51,058 bases of DNA from Tubiluchus corallicola (lineage: Eukaryota > Animalia > Priapulida), in contig JAQGDQ010001267.1 of assembly GCA_030141605.1 (NCBI GenBank), positions 1 through 51,058 on the forward strand, written 5' to 3'. This document shows positions 25,640-37,539 of this stretch, piece by piece. The notes beneath the pieces were generated by a model that saw only the letters and a program-made list of their open reading frames with translations, was not told the DNA's origin and ran no database searches. Both the position numbers and the translations under genes were made by a program. Position 1 is the stretch's first letter, and each line of letters starts with the position of its first letter.

Positions 25640-26230
25640 TTAAACATCTCGTCTTGTCTCGTTTCTTCAGAAGTGTTCTTGTCTCGTTTCTTCTGAAGTG
25701 TTCTTGTCTCGTTTTTTCGGAAATGTTCTTGTCTCGTTTCTTCATGAAATGTTCTTGTCTCGTTTCTTCTGAAATGTTCTTGTCTCGTATCTTCATGAAA
25801 TGTTCTTGTCTCGTTTCTTCTGAAATGTTCTTGTCTCGTTTCTTCTGAAATGTTCTTGTCTCGTTTCTTCATGAAATGTTCTTGTCTCGTTTCTTCATGA
25901 AGTGTTCTTGTCTAGTTTCTTCATGAAATGTTCTTGTCTCGTTTCTTCATGAAGTGTTCTTGTCTCGTTTCTTCTCAAATGTTCTTGTCTCGTTTCTTCA
26001 TGAAATGTTCTTGTCTCGTTTCTTCATGAAATGTTCTTGTCTCGTTTCTTCATGAAGTGTTCTTGTCTCGTTTCTTCTCAAATGTTCTTGTCTCGTTTCT
26101 TCATGAAGTGTTCTTGTCTCGTTTCTTCTCAAATGTTCTTGTCTCGTTTCTTCATGAAGTGTTCTTGTCTCGTTTCTTCTCAAATGTTCTTGTCTCGTTT
26201 CTTCTCAGATGTTCTCGTCTCGTTTCTTCT
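25640..26230. repeat. Minisatellite of about 26 bp
   Basis: gttcttgtctcgtttcttcatgaaat repeated about 22 times. Confidence 0.95.
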
Positions 26231-26461
26231 AAGGAACACATTATTTGGCAATGATGAGAAACTTGCCCTCACAGAAATGTCAATTGCTGTTGAGTTAAAT
26301 ATACGCTCTGAGCCTAATTATGTTGTTATTACTAACCACAATGTCCCCAATAAACCTTAACAAACATGATACACTTGGCATCGAGGTAATTAGACAATCA
26401 ATTAATAATTAGCCTAATGCAGCTTCAGTATGTCTTAGTATGCCTAATTACGTAGCCTTAA

Positions 26462-27773
26462 AGGAAAGAACAAGTCACCCAGTTTGTTGGGTTTATTTTA
26501 CTGTTATCATTTAAACTGTTTGTAGTGTGCTAAAGCAAAGAGCAAGTCACCCAGTTTGTTGGGTTTATTTTACTGTTATCACTTAAACTGTTTGTGGTGT
26601 GCTAAAGCAAAGAGCAAGTCACCCAGTTTGTTGGGTTTATTTTACTGTTATCACTTAAACTGTTTGTGGTGTGCTAAAGCAAAGAACAAGTCACCCAGTT
26701 TGTTGGGTTTATTTTACTGTTATCATTTAAACTGTTTGTAGTGTGCTAAAGCAAAGAACAAGTCACCCAGTTTGTTGGGTTTATTTTACTGTTATCATTT
26801 AAACTGTTTGTGGTGTGCTAAAGCAAAGAACAAGTCACCCGTTTGTTGTGTTTATTTTACTGTTATCACTTAAACTGTTTGTGGTGTGCTAAAGCAAAGA
26901 ACAAGTCACCCAGTTTGTTGGGTTTATTTTACTGTTATCATTTAAACTGTTTGTAGTGTGCTAAAGCAAAGAACAAGTCACCCAGTTTGTTGGGTTTATT
27001 TTACTGTTATCATTTAAACTGTTTGTGGTGTGCTAAAGCAAAGAACAAGTCACCCGTTTGTTGTGTTTATTTTACTGTTATCATTTAAACTGTTTGTGGT
27101 GTGCTAAAGCAAAGAACAAGTCATCCAGTTTGTTGGGTTTATTTTACTGTTATCACTTAAACTGTTTGTGGTGTGCTAAAGCAAAGAACAAGTCACCCGT
27201 TTGTTGTGTTTATTTTACTGTTATCACTTAAACTGTTTGTGGTGTGCTAAAGGAAAGAACAAGTCATCCAGTTTGTTGGGTTTATTTTACTGTTATCATT
27301 TAAACTTAGAAAACTACCACAAAAAAATTGCAAAAAACTGCCTATAAAGCATAAATTTAAAATATACTACCTCTGGAAGAAATTTTCAGGCGATTTAGTT
27401 GCCGCCATTCACTTAAAAATCATGACGTAACTGAGAAAATTCGTGATTTTTCGTAAGCGCGTCGTGGTTTTCCGTAAGCGTGCGCAGCTTAAACGAATTC
27501 AGACTTCTGCAGTTTATGTAACGTTCACGCACTCGATCTATTTATTTTTGTAAAAACTTATTATACTTTAAGTGAAGGTTGACAGAGCGCTACTTTTCTT
27601 TACGACGAGTGACACCATTGGAAGAAAAATGGGCAATGAAAATGCGAGCGCCCAAGCATGAAGTGATCACAACTTTAAAGTGATTTTACTAATTACACGA
27701 GGCGCTTGTTGCAGTTTTATTACTAAATCCTTCTAACATTTTTCACCAACATTGAAATAAGCTTAACTTTCCT
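26462..27773. mobile_element. Kolobok-like non-autonomous element containing a 72-bp array
   Basis: ttaa|AGGAAAG...CTTTCCT|ttaa; TTAA TSD with RR...YY termini. Confidence 0.78.
26471..27305. repeat. 72-bp tandem repeat, about 11.5 copies
   Basis: Unit caagtcacccagtttgttgggtttattttactgttatcatttaaactgtttgtagtgtgctaaagcaaagaa; starts at 26471, 26543, and so on. Confidence 0.97.
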
Positions 27774-28700
27774 TTAACTTCTTGAACACAGAATTCATAC
27801 AACATGTTGGTTCAATAGTTAGTGTATAGAGATGCGGGAAGAATATAACTCCAAATAATAATACATTAGTAATAGAAATATAACAATTAATAGTTAAAAA
27901 AGCGCAGTAAGAAGGGAAAAGGTCCAGGCCACCATTGTGAGTTGTGTTCAGTGCCAAAGAATGGACAAAAGCAGCAGAAAAGGACAAAAAATACACTGCT
28001 AGTAAGAAAGGAACAGTAACAAGATGTTCATGCTGCCGTACAGTCACCTAGTTTTCTCTAGGTGAGAATAAGTGCATGGTACAACATTTTTATGTTATTT
28101 GATTAGTGATTGGCAACACTGTCGCAGATGAGAGCATTCAATTTACACTTTATTATTAATTTTGATTTGTAGCTTTAAACTTTAGTTTTTCATTACCACT
28201 AAGTCAGTGCTGACATCTGTTTGTACACTTGGAAGTTTCCAATATGTGTATGTACTTGCTATTGCTATATGTTTGTATGGAACTGGGTTACTGGGCTTCT
28301 CTGTGGATGTAGTAGTTTTACACTTGGTAGCAAGATTAGAGGACAAGCAATAGGCTTAAACTGTGGTTTGGTTATAATAATGTTTTGACTCAGGTGCCAT
28401 GATATATTAGCTGATGGATTTACTCTAACTTTTGTTTACTACTGTTGATTATGTTTACCATTTTCGTGTATATGTGGACTGACTATGAGACGATGATTCT
28501 GAGTAAAATACACAATTTTGCGTCCTCTGCGGGAGAATTGAAATTTAACGATCGCTCCTTGCGACGGACTGATATCTTCTGGAAACCCAAGATATTCTGG
28601 ATCACGAGAACTTACTTTTATACACAAGTATTGTCATGTAGTAATAAAAACCGTTTGAGTCATCAATCTTAGCTAATCAATATGGTTTTGTCTTTTAGAA

Positions 28701-30416
28701 ATGAAAAGAGACAGAAGACGTAGCAGCAACAGAAAGCAGGAGCTATGCAAAGGTGTTGCCGTGGCAACCGATGCCGCCAACGTCTTGCGCTTGATTCAAA
28801 ATGAGCCAAACATTGACGGAACAGATATTCAGGTTTACAATGCACTGTGGAAAGGTTGTGCGGAGAACGACTTTTCGCTTGTTCAACTATTATTAGAAGA
28901 GGGTGCCGTCATCGATGCTGCTGACCAGGAGGGAAGGACCCCGCTGATCATAGCCAGTCGCTATGACAATGCGGAAGTCATCCGGATTCTGCTGAAGCAC
29001 GACGCCAATGTGCTGGCAACAGACAAGAAGGGATGGACGGCTCTCCACCAGGCCTGTTTCCACGGCTGGAGCAGGACTGTGGAGCTGCTGCTTCGACACC
29101 ATGCAGACGTTAATGTGTACTCGCTACATGCTGCTACGCCACTAATACTAGCCTGTTTATCGCAACACACTCACATTGTCTCTATGTTATTACAGAAAGG
29201 GGCGGATGCGAATGTGTATCCGCGGCGGGGCGGCATGATGCAGGTCTCTACGGCTCTTCACGAAGTCTGCAAAAACGGCAATCATGAAATTGCAGAATTG
29301 CTGATTCGACATGGTGCAAACGTGAACGCATTCCATCGCCGAACGCCGCTGCACATCGCGTGCCATTTTGGCTTTTATTCACTGTGCAGGTTACTCTTAG
29401 ACAATGCCGCTGCGGTGAACGTGTACGATCTTGACGGAATCACTCCTTTATACAAAGCTTCTCTTAATGGACAAGACAAGGTTGTGACAGCGCTGCTAAA
29501 TCATGGCGCCGATGTTGGTGCCGTATGCAACGGAAGCACCGCACTGCACAACGCCTACGACAGCCAGACTGTGAAGGTGCTGCTCGATCATGGAGCCGAT
29601 ATTAATGCACAGGATAAGAATGGATGGACTCCGCTACATATAGCCTGCTGTCGACATCACGACGACATAGCAAGAATCCTGTTAAGAAATGGAGCTAGTC
29701 CCAACGTGGCTGATCGACAAGGCCAGACGCCATTGTACATAGCGGGCAGTTCAGCTTGCGTGCTGGCGTTGCTGCAGCATGGTGCAGATCCCAATGTGGT
29801 GGACCGCGTGACAGGTTGGACGCCGCTCCATCATGCATGCAAGTTCCACAAACTGGACACGGTCCGTCACTTGCTGGAGCACAGAGCCGACGTCCGGATT
29901 AAGGATAATAATGGCTACACTCCGTTGCACATGTTGTTGTCCGACACGGAACTGTACATCGGACGGATTCTGACACCAGTAATCTCACAAGCGGACTTCG
30001 TTCATAACGTCAGTTGGGTGACCGACATCTTAGAAGTTACTAGTCAACTTGTCAACTGTGGTACTCACATAGACGCCGTCAGCATCAACAGCGATACAGC
30101 ACACGGTCACTGGGCAAACTGTTGCGAGAAAATCGAGCAAGTTCTGAACTGTGCGCCATCTACATTGTCCAGCGAAAATTCCGAACTAGCTACCAGGTGT
30201 CACGCGATTTTCGACTTTGTAAACAAGCAAGTGAAGGCAAAGTACAGTTTAAACCTTCAATGTGTGGTGGCTAGAGCGATAATTCGTTACAATGTGGATT
30301 ATTTCAATCTTTTACCACAAAAACTTGTTCATTTTGTACGAGATCATGAGTCAAAAGTCAAACAACAAGCCAGGGATGCCAATATACAGACGTGTAGTGT
30401 GCTAGAAATGGACTAA
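28701..30416 (+). CDS. Ankyrin-repeat protein (about 12 repeats) with C-terminal FEM1-like BC-box/Cullin box; nested antisense in a dynein intron
   Basis: Uninterrupted 571-aa ORF, GC-richer than flanks; repeated TPLHxA...LLxHGADVN units; C-terminal LNLQCVVARAIIRYNVDYFNLLPQKLVHFVRDH; acceptor-like ttttgtcttttag ends 2 nt before the ATG. Confidence 0.92.
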   Translation: MKRDRRRSSNRKQELCKGVAVATDAANVLRLIQNEPNIDGTDIQVYNALWKGCAENDFSLVQLLLEEGAVIDAADQEGRTPLIIASRYDNAEVIRILLKHDANVLATDKKGWTALHQACFHGWSRTVELLLRHHADVNVYSLHAATPLILACLSQHTHIVSMLLQKGADANVYPRRGGMMQVSTALHEVCKNGNHEIAELLIRHGANVNAFHRRTPLHIACHFGFYSLCRLLLDNAAAVNVYDLDGITPLYKASLNGQDKVVTALLNHGADVGAVCNGSTALHNAYDSQTVKVLLDHGADINAQDKNGWTPLHIACCRHHDDIARILLRNGASPNVADRQGQTPLYIAGSSACVLALLQHGADPNVVDRVTGWTPLHHACKFHKLDTVRHLLEHRADVRIKDNNGYTPLHMLLSDTELYIGRILTPVISQADFVHNVSWVTDILEVTSQLVNCGTHIDAVSINSDTAHGHWANCCEKIEQVLNCAPSTLSSENSELATRCHAIFDFVNKQVKAKYSLNLQCVVARAIIRYNVDYFNLLPQKLVHFVRDHESKVKQQARDANIQTCSVLEMD

Positions 30417-30418
30417 GC

Positions 30419-30869
30419 CAGGGGTGTGCAAATTATCTGACTAGCCAGGCCACATTAAACTTTCCCGCAATTCCTGCGGGCCACAGGCAGTTTGATCAAG
30501 GAGCCAAGTACAGAAAGGCCTAATAACGATTTTTTTGCATCCGACCTGCGTACATCATTACTACTACACTCAAGAAACTATTTTAGAAGTTATTAAAATT
30601 TATATTACAAACCATATATTTCTACTTTCAGAACAGATAGTGGTAATTTCGTTACAATGCATATTAGTAATGTATATCACTCAGTCTGTGTAGTACAGTA
30701 ACATTAAGCTACAACCGTCTTGTAAGGGTTAATGGCATCCGATCTAGTAGAAAAAACTACCCACACTATCTTTGGGATCGTGGCATCGACTTCAGCTGGA
30801 TACACTCAATTAATCGCCCGGGCCGCAAGATCCGCAAGTGGCCCACGGGCCGCAATTTCCACACCCCTG
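30419..30869 (+). mobile_element. hAT-type MITE family A, copy 4, at the stop codon of the ankyrin gene
   Basis: Same TIRs; perfect 8-bp TSD gactaagc at 30411-30418 and 30870-30877. Confidence 0.95.
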
Positions 30870-31127
30870 GACTAAGCTCACGGGCAAATATGCCCAGGCG
30901 TGTTCAAACTTGTCTACATAACCAGATGCACAAATGCGATTTATTATGAATGATGATTTTCACAGCTGATTTGCTAGCCATAGCATCACTCTGCCTTATC
31001 GTGGGTCACTTTACCATCAGATAAAGCAGTGTGCAAATATGATACGGAAATAGGAATGTTTTGTTCTTGGAATGCGTAAACGACGTTTACCAGACATCTG
31101 GAATGCTTTATTGCATGAAATCATTTG

Positions 31128-31743
31128 TACGCTTGCATAAGAAAATCGTCCATAAGTCGGCAATTAAGCTTTCTAGTTGTTCACATATCCTGAATCTCCA
31201 TTTCATGAGGATCATTTTGATACCAAGTTCATTGCTCTGTGTTATTTCTAAGCTGAGATAATCCACGTTGAAGTTGAGGTGCAGGCTGCACACTGAAAAA
31301 CATAATCTTGAGAAAAACGCTCTTAAAGTCAGCCATTGTTTTTTGTCGCGTTCCTACAAAACACTTAGTAACTGTATGAAACTGTGGTTGCTATGGACTT
31401 AGCAAGAGCATATTGAAGTTATGTTTAAATCCAGTAGATGGCTCTTCCTGATGAAGATCTGGGTTTGGCAGCAGAAGAAACCTGAAGCAAAATGACTTCT
31501 TTCACAAGCTACTATAGGAGTTTTGAAGCAGGGAAAATAGGTACAGGGTTATAAAATTAAATTTTAGTGTTTTTCTCTAGATAGTTGGATGTTAGAATAT
31601 AAAAGTCCAATATATTTAGCGGATGTTTTTATAAAAAACAAAAAAATTAACATTTGACCAAATTTTTGGTGCATTCTACTTTCGGGCATCATAACGTAGT
31701 TTTAGCTATGCCGACTTACGGACGGTTTTGATTTGCAAGCATG
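31128..31743. mobile_element. TIR element family F, copy 1
   Basis: About 30-bp imperfect TIRs gcttgca...cgtccataagtcggca / tgccgacttacggacg...tgcaagc; superfamily unassigned. Confidence 0.8.
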
Positions 31744-33971
31744 CATTTTATATTTTTCCGTGCACACGATTACCAGAGCTGGTTTATGTGTTACTGCATT
31801 TGGCATTATTTGGTGGAGTTATATGCTGCTGGATACGCAGTAACAGATTCCAAATGGTTGGTAAACGGTGCTTTATACTGCAATTTAGAAAATACTATAA
31901 CTACATATGTTATAATAATTGACTCTGAAAACCTGCTAGAAGCGTAAACTTGTTTGTCGTTTAGTTTTGCCTGGAAACTTCACTCTATACTGAATATTCT
32001 CAATTTTACTCTTACGAAATTGGCTGCATTAATAACTGATAGCTTGAACGTAACAGTTTATCAAATAGTTCAAAATTCTTGCAAATAGTTCGGAAGTTAT
32101 TGATAATCAAATTCAAAATTAAAAGTGATGAAGCAGTGATCCCACGGTTATAAATTTTTGTAACTAAACGTAATCGAAAAGAAAAGAATGCGAAAATAGC
32201 TTCCCGAGGTGGGATTTGAACCGGGGGATGTGCCTGAGTAATATCTTCTGCAGCTTATTGCTTTAAAGAAGATTTTATGATTATGAAACGATTCATGATT
32301 TTTTGATTGTGATTATGATTATTTTAAGATTTTCGTTTGGGAAATAGCAGAGCTAGACCCGAGCTGTGAATCTAGTCTTGTGTGAGTGATTTTATGTGCG
32401 CATATATGATAAAAGTTTGCCATTTTGGGTGCACGTTTTTGGATTGTTTTACCCTACTAAGTATAGCTTTTATATAATCATAATTTTATTAAATTTGTTA
32501 TTGTTAATGAATGTTATTTGTGTGTTTCTATACTTTTAAATCCAATTTTAATTTTTTATTTACACAGATCTCCTAAATCTGCACCACTAGTTCTTCACTG
32601 TTACATGCATTTCGCTATTCTCTGGTTAGACAGGCACTAGCGCCTGCATTTCGGAAACCCATTGCACAAAAAACAGATGCTGCACCTCTCAGTTCATATG
32701 TGCTAGTTTGCGACAAAATACAAACGTTCAACAGCTCATACGTAATCACAGTGGAGAATTTGAAATTTGAATTTTTGTCTTAAACCTTGCCCAGCTTTAG
32801 TACAACCCACTGAATATCTTACAGTAGCACTGTACTTTAATTTTCTCTTTAGCAAACACGTGCAACACGCTCATGGAATGTTTTTGCTGTTGAAAATTAT
32901 GTTAGTTTGTGATGTCATCAATAGCTTTATCCCTGTCACTATGGTCATATTCGATTCAAAGGACGAAAATCATTTTTACAAATGTTCTTAAATAAACAAA
33001 TAAGCGGATTTTCTAGATCAACTTGAAAAAACAGTTAGTGAATTCTTAATGTGAGACCACTGACCTTCCATCACATATAATTTTACAGAAGCTGTTCTTT
33101 GAGTTATGGCACACCTTAGACGAGCATCTATACTACTCTACTTGCTTATTTTGTAACTGATAGTACAGTAGCGGATCCGAAGAAAAAAACCTTAAGCGAG
33201 AAAAGGTCATTTATTGACACTTGAGCGTGTCGTACTCGTTATGCCTGGGGTAATTTTTTATCTCGGTTAACGACTTTGTCAGAGAAAGGTCGAAAGACTT
33301 GTCAAGGCGGTTGTGAATACTCAGAACAGCGAGGAAAAATTCTGCCACACGATGTCGCCACGTGCATAGTTTCATGGAATTTAAATGTGCGAGAAGAAAT
33401 GGTATTTCAATACATTTTATATTGCTGTATAAGTTGGCTGTATTAAGCATAGGCAATGCAGGCCAGCCAACAAGATGAGAAGTCAATTATTTCTGGTGTT
33501 GATTTCTTAATTTCTTAAATCTTGAACCTTTGTTTATTAAAAAGACTAGAGATTAGATTTTATAATTTGCGTAAAACTTTGTTAAAGTTAATTAGATCAA
33601 TTTGGTTTAGATTTCGCCGTAAAATTGAGCAAAATTATATAAAATTTTCTTATTTTTTTCAGATTAAACGATACAAACTACACAATTATGTTGTTGGAGA
33701 TTTTTTTATATAAGAAGGTAGCACAATAGTACAAAAGTGAACTAAGATGATGTAAAAGTCATAAAAGCTTATTAGTCACAGGAAGGTGTCTTATTGAAGC
33801 ATGTGAAGTAAAAATATTAAGCCAATTATACGGAATTATTTGAGTCAATTACCGACAGTTTTTATATACATTTGAATAGAAGCGGCCCGTACCAGGCATT
33901 ATTGAGTCAATTAAGCGATTGAGTCTATTAATCGTGAGTCTATTAAGCGGCGTCTACTGTATCATTATAGT

Positions 33972-34059
33972 TAGGCCTATTTCAAGGGGGGGAAGTGGGG
34001 ATACTTCCCCGGGGGCTCGCGCCAAGGTAACATTTTTTTGCTTTATGCGAACATACTGC

Positions 34060-34103
<44 letters not shown>

Positions 34104-34117
34104 CTCTCTTTCTCTCT

Positions 34118-34180
<63 letters not shown>

Positions 34181-34409
34181 TCACGCGCGCCGTTTCCCAG
34201 TATTGACAAGTATTAAGGACTGGTCTTGAGAATAAAGCAGTTTTTCTTTCAATTGTTCTTTCCGTTAACAACTGTATAACTCCATATTTTCTTTTCGAAA
34301 ATGCTTCTCCGGCGTTCTAGCAGTTCAAAAATTTTCAGCCTAAGTGAGACCCGAGGGGGCCTCACACGCCCGAATTCCCCGGGCCTCGCTTAGGCTGAAA
34401 TAGGCCCTG
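33972..34409. mobile_element. hAT-type MITE containing a (CT)n tract
   Basis: TAGGCCTATTTCA...TGAAATAGGCCCTG; perfect 8-bp TSD attatagt; (CT)n at 34062-34176. Confidence 0.85.
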
Positions 34410-35021
34410 ATTATAGTACTACTGTAATAAACTGTGACATCGAGATTTAATAAGTTTTAATAGGTTTAATCTGTACGTGAATTATTGCCTTTCTAATGTA
34501 ATGTAATTTAATGTTAACTTAAACTTCAATGCATCTTAAAGTAATTTAACCTTCGGGTTACAAGATTCTTTTAATAAACTGATATTTAAATTCACACACC
34601 ATAACATAAAGCATAAAGCCAGTATATAAGATGGGCTAATGAACTGGACCATATGGGGTGCCTTGGCCATATAGGAATCAATGTACATACAACCTCCTTC
34701 ACAGAGGTAAACAGCCAGAATAGGTACAGCAAAAGAAAACAACACAGAGCGAATATAGAATTGATTCACCCATCCACTCAGTAAGTAAACTCGTAGCCAT
34801 TTATAATTTTAGTCACCACTCACAATGCTCTGACCACTCAGCCATGTATCCCAACTGCTGAGATACTTAATATCAATATTGTGTTTTCACAATACCTGCT
34901 ACTTTTATCCATTTAAAGCAAAACCGGATCCAAAATATTGTGTTTTCACAATACCTGCTACTTTTAACATTTAAAGCAAAACCGGACCAGGTCAAAATAA
35001 TCTCCTCGTTAAAATATTTAA

Positions 35022-36197
35022 AGGAAACCTACCATTTTTTTCAAAAATAACTTACGTGAAAGAATTATTACCACACAAACACAATTTCCTATTCGCACCA
35101 CTAGTTCTTCACTGTTACTTGCATTTCGCTATTCTCTGGTTAGACGGGCACATGCGCCAGCATTTCGGAAACCCATTGCACAAAAAACAGGTGCTGCACC
35201 TCTCAGTTCAGATGTGCTAGTTAGCGACGAACTACAAACGTTCAACAGCTCATACGTAATCACAGTGGAGAATTTGAAATTTGAATTGTTATCTTAAAAC
35301 TTGCCTAGTTTTAGTACAGCACATTGAATATCTTACAGTAGCACTGTACTTCAATTTTCTCTTTAGCAACACGCTCATGGAATATTTTTGCTGTTGAAAA
35401 TTACGTTCGTTTGTGATGTCATCAATAGCTGGGCTCGTCCACCATTAATTAAGATTTCCCTATTAATAATTTCAATCTATTATTTAATTATCGGAAATGC
35501 TTTTGCAGTATTAAAGTGTATACTTTTACCGGATTTGAAAATGGGATAGTATATGAAAAATGGGATAGTAAAGACCTTTAAGTATCTGGGGTCAATGATA
35601 GACGAGACTGCAGGAATGGAAAAGGAGGTGAATTTCAGGATTCAGTGTGGTTGGAATAACTAGCGAAAAGTTTCAGGTGTGATATGCGATAAGAGGATTC
35701 CAGCAAGACTTAAAGGTAAAGTCCACAAAGCAGTGGTCAGACCCGCCCTAATATATGGGCTGGAAGCAGCACCTCTAAAGAAGACCGAAGAGAAGAAAAT
35801 GGATGTGGTGGAGATGAGGATGTTGTGATGGATGGTGGGAATAACAAGAAGGGATAAAATCAGGAATAGTAATATTAGAGGAACAGTGAAAGTAGTGGAA
35901 GCCTCGAAAAAGATACAAGAGGCAAGATTGCGATGGTATGGGCTTCTGAGAAGAAGAGTCGGTGAAGATCATGTGGGAAGGGAGGTCAACGAAATGGAAG
36001 TGCTGGGAAATAGAAGAAGAGGACGACCCAAGCTGAGATGGTTTGAATGTATTAATGGAGACCTTAGAGAGAAGAACATAAATGAAGAGATGGCCAACAA
36101 CAGGAATGCATGGAGACGACTTATTCACAACGGCGACACCGCATAGGGAAAAGCTGAGAAGAAGAAGATAGTATATGAAAAATCATCCTGTCTTCCT
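35022..36197. mobile_element. Dispersed repeat family E (possibly Kolobok-like), split by an RTE insertion
   Basis: ttaa|AGGAAAC...TCTTCCT; related pieces at about 18617-18865, 32581-32930 and inverted at 45060-45345. Confidence 0.6.
35562..36166 (+). mobile_element. 5'-truncated RTE-clade LINE (decayed RT C-terminus)
   Basis: FKYLGS...[39 protein letters not shown]...RLRWYG...RGRPKLRW with two in-frame stops; (GAA)n tail; TSD of about 17 bp gatagtatatgaaaaat at 35545 and 36167. Confidence 0.92.
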
Positions 36198-36210
36198 AAG
36201 CATTTCTTAC

Positions 36211-36405
36211 CTTTGGTTCTTTGACTGTGTTCCTCATCACGTCCTTCCAGTTTTTGTCGACGACGCCGAACAGCCGTCCCTCTTCTGGCATCTGGCTCAT
36301 GATGTCCTCGGAGGAAAAGATGGGCTCCAGGTAGAGCCACTGTGCCTGCACCTTCAGCCACTCGTCAATCGTCTCCTGTGTCTTCAAAAGCCGATCTTCC
36401 CAGAT
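36211..36405 (-). CDS. DNAH12: Dynein heavy chain exon 5 of window (linker)
   Basis: [46 protein letters not shown]...KEPK; WLYLEPIF motif; 195 nt, phase 0/0. Confidence 0.96.
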
Positions 36406-36510
36406 CTGAAGATTAAAGAAAACAATTGAATTGAATTTATTGACTAACTGGGATAAGGAATATTAATCCCTGTTAATTTTATAAGACTAAATTTATAAGG
36501 CTTATTTGTG

Positions 36511-37187
36511 TTGCTTGCAAACCAAAACCGATTATAAGTCGGCATAGTTAAAACCACGTTATGATTCTTGAAAGTAGAATGCACCAAAAATTTGGTCAAG
36601 TGTCGATTTTTCATTTTTTATGAAAATAAATGCTAAATATATTGGACTTTTATATTCTAGCATCAAATTATTGCGTTAGGGTTAGTACTAAATGTCCAAA
36701 AAATACTAAAAATCTAATTTTATAACTCCTAACCCGCTTTTCTGTCTGGAAACTAGTACTGCAATTGTAAAAAACTTGGATTTTCAAACTCCAATAGTAT
36801 CTGGAAGCTGTCATTTTGCTTCGAGTTTTTTCTGTTGACAAGACCTGATCTTCGTCAGGAAGAGCCATCTACTGGATTTAAACATAACTTCAATGTGCTT
36901 TTGCCTCTTGCAAAGTCCATAGCAACCACACTTTCGTACGGTTGCTAAGTGTTTTGTACAAAACGCGAGAAAAAACAATGGCTGACTTTAACAGTGATTT
37001 TCTGAAGATTAAGTTTTTCTGTGTACAGCCCGCACTTCAACTTCAATGTGGATTATCTCAGCTTAGAAAGAACATAGAGTGATGAACTTGGTATCAAAAT
37101 TATCCTCATGAAATGCAGATTCAGGATGTGTGAATAACTAGAAAAACTTAATTGCCGACTTATGGACGATTTTGCTACGCAAACACA
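36511..37187. mobile_element. TIR element family F, copy 2 (inverted)
   Basis: Reverse-complement match to 31128-31743 along its length. Confidence 0.8.
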
Positions 37188-37269
37188 CATTTGTAGACAT
37201 TTATAGAATCAGATGATTTGAAGAGATTGCTGAATTTTGAATGAATGTTGATGTAGATAAAAATTAAAT

Positions 37270-37539
37270 TCAAGTATCATCTAGTTTCATTATTTCCGCT
37301 ACTGCATTTATACTATTGAATACGTTGTTAGAATTAAAAATATCACAAAATGAATTAAAGTTAATATTAGTATACCAGTTTCTGATAGTTTCTGACATAG
37401 AACAAGTACATAACACATGATGTTCAGACTGTTCAGCTGGAGGATTTGCATTACATACACAAGTTCTTTGTTCCATAGGTTTCCGAGACCATCTATCTGT
37501 CTCAATTTTCAAAGGAAAACCGGATGATTGTGTAAACAC
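37270..37539 (-). mobile_element. LINE ORF2 C-terminal zinc-knuckle remnant (RTEX-like)
   Basis: LKIETDRW...RTCVC...QSEHHVLCTC matches the L.IETGRW...C.C...E.H.L..C pattern. Confidence 0.62.

Noticed and set aside
28701-30416. Assigning FEM1 or ASB as gene symbol, or calling horizontal transfer from an endosymbiont or virus
   Set aside because: The architecture fits neither family cleanly; lack of coding introns alone is not evidence of transfer, and a splice acceptor precedes the ATG.
33166-33486. Possible hAT transposase C-terminal remnant (LAVLSIH)
   Set aside because: Too short and decayed to support; second terminus not found.
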